DNA from: Macrostomum hystrix
Taxonomy: Eukaryota > Animalia > Platyhelminthes
Assembly: GCA_950097015.1 (NCBI GenBank)
Contig: CATNEN010000038.1
Location: 16,182,001-16,246,000 of the forward strand
Length of the DNA stretch: 64,000 nucleotides
Direction: 5' to 3'
The notes below the pieces were generated by a model. The model saw only the letters and a list, made by a program, of their open reading frames with translations, ran no database searches and was not told the DNA's origin. Numbering within the stretch: the stretch's first letter is position 1; each line of letters starts with the position of its first letter. Shown in pieces: positions 57,801 through 64,000 of the stretch. Both the position numbers and the translations under genes were made by a program.

Positions 57801-60800
57801 GCACAGCAATAATTATAATTCTCTAGATGTGTTGCTCGTGAATGCTAGTGAAGGTAGATCAAAACTGACGGTAAATCTGCAGTCTGTCTTCGTTGTCTAG
57901 CTCTGATTTAAATAGCCTGACTCCGACCTCTGGGACTGCTACATCTTTCAATAACACGCTTGAAAAATGTTAAACAGTCTTCCTTTGCTAATGCAAGACA
58001 CGTTTATACAATAAGGCAAACAAAGAAGATATAAACCCTACTGTCGTCCTAAGCACGGCTGATAAGTGCCAATTTTATTAAACAGCCTTCACTCTTGGCA
58101 CAGCAATAATTATAATCCTCTAGATGTGTTGCTCGTGAATGCTAGTGAAGGTAGATTAAAACTGACGGTAAATCTGCAGTCTGTCTTCGTTGTCTAGCTC
58201 TGATTTAAATAGCCTGACTCCGACCTCTGGGACTGCTACAGACAAACTTCGAGGGGTCTCCAAAACAGTTTTTTTCATTTTTACAATCTTTTAATTTCGA
58301 GCGCAACTCTACTCAGCAGACCAGAGTGCAAATATTTGGCTAAGCTGACTCTCGATACTCGAAACAGAGCTCATTATGTCACACAAAACTTGCCTCAGAT
58401 AATCCTGTGCATGGTAATTTGTTGATTTGGGATTGAGCACTGAGGCAGTGACCAGAAAAGCCGCTTGCGTATTGACAATTCGAAACACTGAGGCCAGATC
58501 GCACCTATGCACGCACTTTTGGTTACTGCAAGTAATTGGTTGGAGATAGAAAATTGATTCAATTTATACGTGCTTACTAAACTTAAATATTTCATTTGCC
58601 TTTATACTTGTGAAGGTTTAGCAAGGCATTGTAGAGCTGTTATAGAAATACCGAGAAATTTTTAGACGCTCGAAGATATTAAATCTCTGCATTGAAATCG
58701 AAGTACTTCACTCTTGGCACAGCATCTTAATTTATTAATGAATTAATAAGCTGCTCGTGAATGCTAGTGAAGGTAGATTAAAACTGACGGTAAATCTGCA
58801 GTCTGTCTTCGTTGTCTAGCTCTGATTTAAATAGCCTGACTCCGACCTCTGGGACTGCTACATCTTTCAATAACACGCTTGAAAAATGTTAAACAGTCTT
58901 CCTTTGCTAATGCAAGACACGTTTATACAATAAGGCAAACAAAGAAGATATAAACCCTACTGTCGTCCTAAGCACGGCTGATAAGTGCCAATTTTATTAA
59001 ACAGCCTTCACTCTTGGCACAGCAATAATAATAATTCTCTAGATGTTGCTTGTGAATGCTAGTGAAGGTAGATTTTAAAACTGACGGTAAATCTGCAGTC
59101 TGTCTTCGTTGTCTAGCTCTGATTTAAAATAGCCTGACTCCGACCTCTGGGACTGCTACATCTTACAATAACACGCTTCTTAAAAAACTTATTTCTACCA
59201 CTGGTCCAGACACGTTTATACAAAAAGTGAATAGCATAAACCAGCAAGGAAGATATAAGCCCTACTGTCATCCTAGGCATGGCTTTAGCAGCTGACAGTT
59301 GCCCATTCAATTAAACAGCCTTCACTCTTGGCACAGCAATAATTATAATTCTCTAGATGTGTTGCTTGTGAATGCTAGTGAAGGTAGATCAAAACTGACG
59401 GTAAATCTGCAGTCTGTCTTCGTTGTCTAGCTCTGATTTAAATAGCCTGACTCCGACCTCTGGGACTGCTACAAGAATCACTTTAAAGTAGATTTGTAGT
59501 ATTGGTAGAGTTTTCGACTCGTCCTTCACCATTGGCACATCATCTTGAAACAATAAGCTGTTTGTAAAAGCAAGTGAAGGTAGATAAAAACTGACGGTAA
59601 ATCTGTAGTCTGTTTTAGTTGACTAGCTGTGATTTGGAATATGCTAGCCTGACTCCGACCTCTGCGACTGCTGTTCAGTTCATGTCAGCTGTAAACGACA
59701 TCCCTCATACCCCACGTCGTCCTCGCGCAGGCTGCACTACTTTGAGGACTCTGTGTTTCGCTGTCCAGATGCGGCAGCCCTGGTTTCTCAGCTAGCAGGT
59801 CTAGATGCTCTGGATCTTAGCTTCGACCTGCGCTCTCCCAGTCTAATTGAACAGCTGTGCTATCCGCGCACCTGCCCAATTGACTATGCCGCCCACATGA
59901 AGCTGCTAGTGCTAGACGAGGCTAAACTAGACGATCAGATTGAATTGGCTGCCGACGCCAGCTCGCCGGAGGCCGCCATCCTGACTGCCGAGGACACCTC
60001 CGAGCCGCAGCTAGCCGACTGTCCGCATTGCGATTGGCGCAACCGCTACCTGCGTGTGGAGGCCCAGTTAAAGCGAACTGCCGAACAGAAGTCCTACCTA
60101 GAGGAGGTGCGTGCACTTTTTGAGTTTTTACATGTAAAGCTAAAATAGGCTTTTATAGATGCCCTTGGATGAAATTTTAGCCTAATAGTTAAGTATTTCA
60201 TTAAGTGATTTATAGGTCAGTGGTTCGATTCCTTACTCTGCTGGAAAAGATGTGTCATGTAGCAGCAGCTCTATCTTGTAGACATTAAAACTCTTTCTAT
60301 TCAGCCGTCCGTGGACTGAACAGCCGTATAGCTGCGACTGCTGTTGGGTGACAATCTGGCAGGTGTCAATAGTTGTTTTTTATAGACTAGTAATAACTTT
60401 GTTGTTGGCTATCACGTGGTAAGCTTTTTGTCTCACCGGAAGTTAGGAACAGCTGGATGAATATATTTTGTACTGCTTTAATCTTCAGCATTAGCTATCA
60501 TGTTTAGACACTTGCCGATTTTAATATAGACTCTGTAGTGTATCAGAGACAACATTTAAATCGACTGAATGTTTTCAAATTAAAATTTATGTGGAAATTC
60601 CATGGAAAACCCTGCGTTGCTTGATTATTAAAGGTCAACAAGCGCATAACTGAGGAACGCGACGGGGCCAATGCGGCGCGCGAAGCCGCCAAACTTGAGC
60701 AGGCCAAGGAGATCAAGTTATATGAGAGTGTGGTGCTGGAACTGCAGGTACAGTTGACTCTACTGCAGGAGCAGTACAATAGGCGGCTAGCCACTGCCTC

Positions 60801-60885
60801 TGTTGCGGCCAGTGTTCACGCTGGCGACGGTGTCACCAGGCCCAGACTGCCGCAGTTGGATAGGCAGGACTCGGACCCGCTGTGA
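54867..60885 (+). CDS. RUNDC3: RUN-domain protein, RUNDC3/RPIP8-like (~345 aa); exons 54867-54955, 55029-55144, 55213-55331, 55411-55496, 59731-60106, 60634-60885
   Basis: RQNLFAVCSLCVKSILDRACFQVVDESS, KFRAAIRLALMNK.L, LAGLDALDLSFDL, IDYAAHMK, WRNRYLRVE..QKSYLEE and ESVVLELQVQL parallel RUNDC3 motifs. All introns are GT-AG and phase-consistent (1038 nt). Confidence 0.85.
55746..55906 (+). ncRNA. SNORA57: Box H/ACA snoRNA, U99/SNORA57-like, copy 1 (type A)
   Basis: Hairpin CCUUCACU..AGUGAAGG, H box AGAUUA, hairpin GCAGUC..GACUGC, ACA. Pockets UCUUGG/AAUGCU and GUCUUC/ACCUCUG are complementary to 18S rRNA. Confidence 0.8.
56058..56216 (+). ncRNA. SNORA57: Box H/ACA snoRNA copy 2 (type B)
   Basis: Same boxes and pockets; different apical part of hairpin 1. 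Confidence 0.78.
56220..57447 (-). mobile_element. Degenerate Tc1/mariner-like element inside the snoRNA array
   Basis: Ends CTTCGAGGGGTCTCCAAAA / TTTTTAGACGCTCGAAG resemble mariner CGAGGGG termini. About 1.2 kb, decayed interior, TA TSD not intact. Confidence 0.55.
57478..57637 (+). ncRNA. SNORA57: Box H/ACA snoRNA copy 3 (type A)
   Basis: As copy 1. Confidence 0.78.
57789..57946 (+). ncRNA. SNORA57: Box H/ACA snoRNA copy 4 (type B)
   Basis: H box AGAUCA; ACA intact. Confidence 0.78.
58086..58243 (+). ncRNA. SNORA57: Box H/ACA snoRNA copy 5 (type B)
   Basis: Boxes and pockets intact. Confidence 0.78.
58247..58675 (-). mobile_element. Internally deleted duplicate of the mariner-like element
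   Basis: Left end (CTTCGAGGGG...TTTTAATTTC) joined directly to the sequence matching 57075-57447. Confidence 0.65.
58706..58865 (+). ncRNA. SNORA57: Box H/ACA snoRNA copy 6 (type A)
   Basis: As copy 1. Confidence 0.78.
59005..59163 (+). ncRNA. SNORA57: Box H/ACA snoRNA copy 7 (type B, H box altered to AGAUUU)
   Basis: Pockets and ACA intact; H box disrupted by a T insertion. Confidence 0.6.
59319..59476 (+). ncRNA. SNORA57: Box H/ACA snoRNA copy 8 (type B)
   Basis: H box AGAUCA; ACA intact. Confidence 0.78.
59523..59675 (+). pseudogene. Degenerate snoRNA copy 9
   Basis: Recognisable homolog, but the pockets are mutated and ACA is replaced by GTT. Confidence 0.65.
60175..60370 (+). mobile_element. 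Degenerate tRNA-derived SINE, family 1-related
   Basis: GGTTCGATTCC B box and a GGACTGAACAGC..TATAGCTGC..CAGGTGT tail matching family 1. Confidence 0.5.
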
Positions 60886-60990
60886 GTTTCTCATTGTCGA
60901 CTGACAGTGGCTCTTGTGAATTTTTCAAGTCTTTGTTATGTTAAATCTTGATTCCTTATAAGAAATATTCTTTCATTTATTTTTTCACTC

Positions 60991-63900
60991 TGTGGCGCCG
61001 TCGGTCTATCGCGGCCAGGCGCATTGATAGCCTGAGCGTGGACGGTGCCGCCAATGTCCTTTAACTCTTCACTGACCTATTAACGTACATGCCTATTGTG
61101 TGGCACGTGGCCACCGCTCAATAATATCGCACGTTGTACTTGTATCTCGCGTTCTATATAAGTGATGTGACTGATGCACAAATATATTATCGTGTTCGCT
61201 CCAAACTAACAAACATAAGAGTCACTCTAAACGACACGACAATGGCATCGCGAGCAGACGACCTGCCGCTGGACGACCCTGCAACGACGGAGGCCTGGTT
61301 GAGGAGCTTCGCCGCCATGAGCCGCAATAAGAAATTGAAGGACACGGCAGAGGAGAGACAGGTGACGGACTTGTTCCTTGCCAGGGCAGGCGTAAGCGCA
61401 GTTCGTGTCGTAAGTGTGATGGCGAGACCAAAAGAGCTGGAGGAGATGAACTTCGAGGATATCAGAAAGCTGATCTTGGAAAAGGTTCGCCCAAAGAAGA
61501 AGCTGATCATTGCCGAGCGCTCTCGGTTTTTGTCCCTGCGCCAAGAAGCAACTGAGTCAGCACAAAATTTCGCCCAGAGACTTCGAGATGCCGCCCGCTT
61601 CTGCGAGTTCGACAAGCTGAACGCCGAAGACAGCAAACAGTCAGCAGAGGACGAGCTCATCCAGACAATGCTGGTCAGTGGCCTGCACAATGCACAGCAT
61701 CGCAGCAAAATTCTTGAGCACATCCAGAGCTCACAGCAACAGGTGACGCTCGAAAACAGCGTGGAGTTTGTCCAACAACTCGAGCTCATCCAGCAATACA
61801 GCGGAGCGGAGAGACAGAAGGCACCGGAGCCAGCGACGATCGAGCCGGCGTCCATCGCCAGCGTGGACAAAAACCGCGGGGGCCCGAAGACCGCCTGCAA
61901 AGCCTGCGGCCTACAGCACCAGCCTGACCGCTGCCCAGCTTGGGGCAAAACCTGCAACAAGTGCCGCAAGCGAAACCATTTCGCGGTCGTGTGCAGATCC
62001 GGGACCAAGGCAGCGCATGAAGTCACGGAAACAGCCGGGGCCGACACCATCAGTAGCACTCATCAGCAGAAGACCAGCAGCCTGAAGACAGTGCTGATCG
62101 AGGGTCAACGCATGGAGATGCAGCTGGACTCCGGCTCTGATGCCAGCATCATCCCGAGAAATTTCTGGCAGCAACTGGGCGAGCCGAAGTTGCGGAAATG
62201 CCGCCGGCAACTCAGGCAGTTCGACGGATCAGCCATCAAAACCCTCGGCAGCTTCACAGCGGCTGTCGAGCTAGAAGACAAGGTCGCCTGCGTGGACATC
62301 ATCGTCGCGGCCTGCAACAAGACACACGGTCTGCTGGGCACCGACTTGCTGCAGTTCGACCTGGACGGCGTGTCCCTGCACAACGTCGAGGAAGCACCGG
62401 CAGTCACGCTGGGAAAGCTTCGCGGATTCCGGGCCCGCATCGTTCTGAAGGACCAGGCCCGGCCTAGCTACTTCGAGGCTCGACCTGTCCCGATCCACCT
62501 GAAACCGCTGGTCATCGCTAAGCTCAGGAAGCTGATCAATGCCGGAATCCTGGAGACGGTCCGCCCCGGAGGGAGCCAGTGGGCATCCCCTATCGTCATC
62601 GTGAGGAAACCGGACGGCGACTTGCGGATCTGCGCCGACTACAAAGTGAGTGTGAACCCGCAAATTTGCGCAGACTCGTACCCGCTCCCGAACATCGAGA
62701 CAGCCTTTACAGAGCTGTCAGGGATGTCCCACTTCGCCACGGTTGACCTGACGAACGCCTACAACCAGATCGAGCTGGACGAGTCGGCCAGGGAAATCCT
62801 CACCATCAACACCCCGATCGGTTTGCTGCGCTGGACGAGGATGCCTTACGGCGTGAAAACTGCGAGCGCGCAGTTCCAAGCTGCCATGGAAGCCACGATC
62901 GGCGGTCTGGTGACAAACCTGGTGATCTATCAGGACGATGTCTGCATCGGCGCCCGGACAGCAGCTGAACTGGACGCAAAAGTCGAACAACTGCTAGCCA
63001 AGCTGAGCAAGTCAGGGATGGAGATCAACGAGAAAAAGTGCGTCTTCAGGAGCACCGAAATATCCTTTCTGGGATACCGAATCTCTGCTGAAGGCATCCG
63101 GCCGGACACCAAGCTGGTGGAGAAAGTGCTGCAAACCAAAGCGCCAACGTGTCGGAAGGAACTGGAGTCATTCCTAGGGCTGACGAACTACTACGCCCGC
63201 TACATCCAGGCCTACTCCGAGCGAGTCGAGCCGCTGACTGCCTTAAGGAGCCGCCAGACACCGTTCAAATGGGGCCCGAACCAGCAGAAGGCGTTCGACG
63301 AACTTAAACGGGCGCTGGCGGCCTATCCGGTGATCCGGATCTTCGACCCGACGAAGCGCACGACTTTGACTACGGACGCTAGTGAGAAGGCGGTCTCAGC
63401 CATCCTCACGCAAGACGGCCACCCAGTGCTCTACCTCTCCAGGCGGCTGACGGCAGCCGAGCAAAACTATTCCAACATCGAGAGGGAGGCTCTGGCCATC
63501 GTGTGGGCGACACAGCGAGCGAGGCACTTTCTGCTGGGAGCCAAGTTCACGCTAAACTGCGATCATCAGCCGCTCGAGTTTATCTTCAGTCCGTCGAAGG
63601 AGCTGCCAAAGGTGACATCGGCCAGGATCATGCGCTGGGCTATCCAGTTGGCTGCATTCGACTACGACATTGTCTATGTTCGTGGCAGTTGCATTCCACA
63701 CGTCGATGCTATGTCCAGACTGGAGTTTGAGGATTCGTTCGAAAATCCTAAAGAGGAGGTGAGTCGCTTCGTTCATTGGACTGAGACTGACGTGCTGAAG
63801 CGAAATGAAATTCAACAGGCGACTGACGATGACCCTGTGCTACGGAGCATCCGACAGCGAATCAAGAACAACGTCTGGAGCAACTGCTCGGCGGCAGAAC

Positions 63901-64000
63901 GGCCGTACAAGAGTGTCCGGCAACAACTGACGGTGGAAGATGGCATCATCTGTCTGGGAGACCTGATTGTGCCTCCGGCAAGGCTGCGCTCTCGAGTCCT
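60991..64000 (+). mobile_element. Ty3/gypsy (Mag-like) LTR retrotransposon, 5' part, runs off the window
   Basis: Putative 5' LTR TGT...ACA at 60991-61241 with TATATAA near 61155; PBS-like TGGCATCGCGAGCAG. The LTR start cannot be confirmed without the 3' LTR. Confidence 0.85.
61242..64000 (+). CDS. gag-pol polyprotein (gag, PR, RT, RNase H, start of integrase region), apparently open to the window end
   Basis: MASRADDL.. start; CKACGLQHQPDRC and CNKCRKRNHFAVVC knuckles; LDSGS; LRICADYK; YQDD at 62928 in frame; TTDAS, NYSNIEREALA, CDHQPL, VDAMSR. Confidence 0.92.
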   Translation, partial: MASRADDLPLDDPATTEAWLRSFAAMSRNKKLKDTAEERQVTDLFLARAGVSAVRVVSVMARPKELEEMNFEDIRKLILEKVRPKKKLIIAERSRFLSLRQEATESAQNFAQRLRDAARFCEFDKLNAEDSKQSAEDELIQTMLVSGLHNAQHRSKILEHIQSSQQQVTLENSVEFVQQLELIQQYSGAERQKAPEPATIEPASIASVDKNRGGPKTACKACGLQHQPDRCPAWGKTCNKCRKRNHFAVVCRSGTKAAHEVTETAGADTISSTHQQKTSSLKTVLIEGQRMEMQLDSGSDASIIPRNFWQQLGEPKLRKCRRQLRQFDGSAIKTLGSFTAAVELEDKVACVDIIVAACNKTHGLLGTDLLQFDLDGVSLHNVEEAPAVTLGKLRGFRARIVLKDQARPSYFEARPVPIHLKPLVIAKLRKLINAGILETVRPGGSQWASPIVIVRKPDGDLRICADYKVSVNPQICADSYPLPNIETAFTELSGMSHFATVDLTNAYNQIELDESAREILTINTPIGLLRWTRMPYGVKTASAQFQAAMEATIGGLVTNLVIYQDDVCIGARTAAELDAKVEQLLAKLSKSGMEINEKKCVFRSTEISFLGYRISAEGIRPDTKLVEKVLQTKAPTCRKELESFLGLTNYYARYIQAYSERVEPLTALRSRQTPFKWGPNQQKAFDELKRALAAYPVIRIFDPTKRTTLTTDASEKAVSAILTQDGHPVLYLSRRLTAAEQNYSNIEREALAIVWATQRARHFLLGAKFTLNCDHQPLEFIFSPSKELPKVTSARIMRWAIQLAAFDYDIVYVRGSCIPHVDAMSRLEFEDSFENPKEEVSRFVHWTETDVLKRNEIQQATDDDPVLRSIRQRIKNNVWSNCSAAERPYKSVRQQLTVEDGIICLGDLIVPPARLRSRV

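Noticed and set aside
55746-59675. CRISPR-like repeat-spacer appearance
   Set aside because: Units are ~160 nt, the spacers are themselves repeated, there are no cas genes and the context is a eukaryotic intron. H/ACA structure explains the pattern.
61187-62059. 290-aa minus-strand ORF and other antisense ORFs over the gypsy, hAT and H2A.Z regions
   Set aside because: Antisense shadows of GC-rich coding sequence with no recognisable motifs.

Overview
Eukaryotic (invertebrate animal) genomic DNA, not prokaryotic. Spliced genes with GC-rich exons, minisatellite-filled introns and the repeat types present suggest a free-living flatworm such as Macrostomum, but this is inference only. Host genes reconstructed by hand from splice sites and reading phase: (1) the first coding exon of a type II membrane protein at the left edge (- strand); (2) histone H2A.Z; (3) a 4-exon secreted protein with an ALK/LTK-type glycine-rich domain, plus an inverted partial copy; (4) a 20-exon, ~1531-aa CD109/iTEP-type thioester protein (GCGEQ, catalytic His) ending in a KDEL-like HNDEL; (5) a 6-exon RUNDC3-like gene. 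Intron 4 of the RUNDC3-like gene holds a tandem array of 9 copies of a box H/ACA snoRNA whose two pockets match 18S rRNA (U99/SNORA57-like). The array appears to have been amplified together with a mariner remnant. Mobile DNA: two Mag-type Ty3/gypsy elements whose gag ATG overlaps the PBS, a hAT nested in another hAT, hAT and MULE MITEs, a Neptune-like Penelope element with a hammerhead ribozyme flanked by a ~300-bp duplication of a LINE fragment, two SINE families, and many intron-specific minisatellites. Most entries in the supplied ORF track are repeat-derived or antisense shadows.
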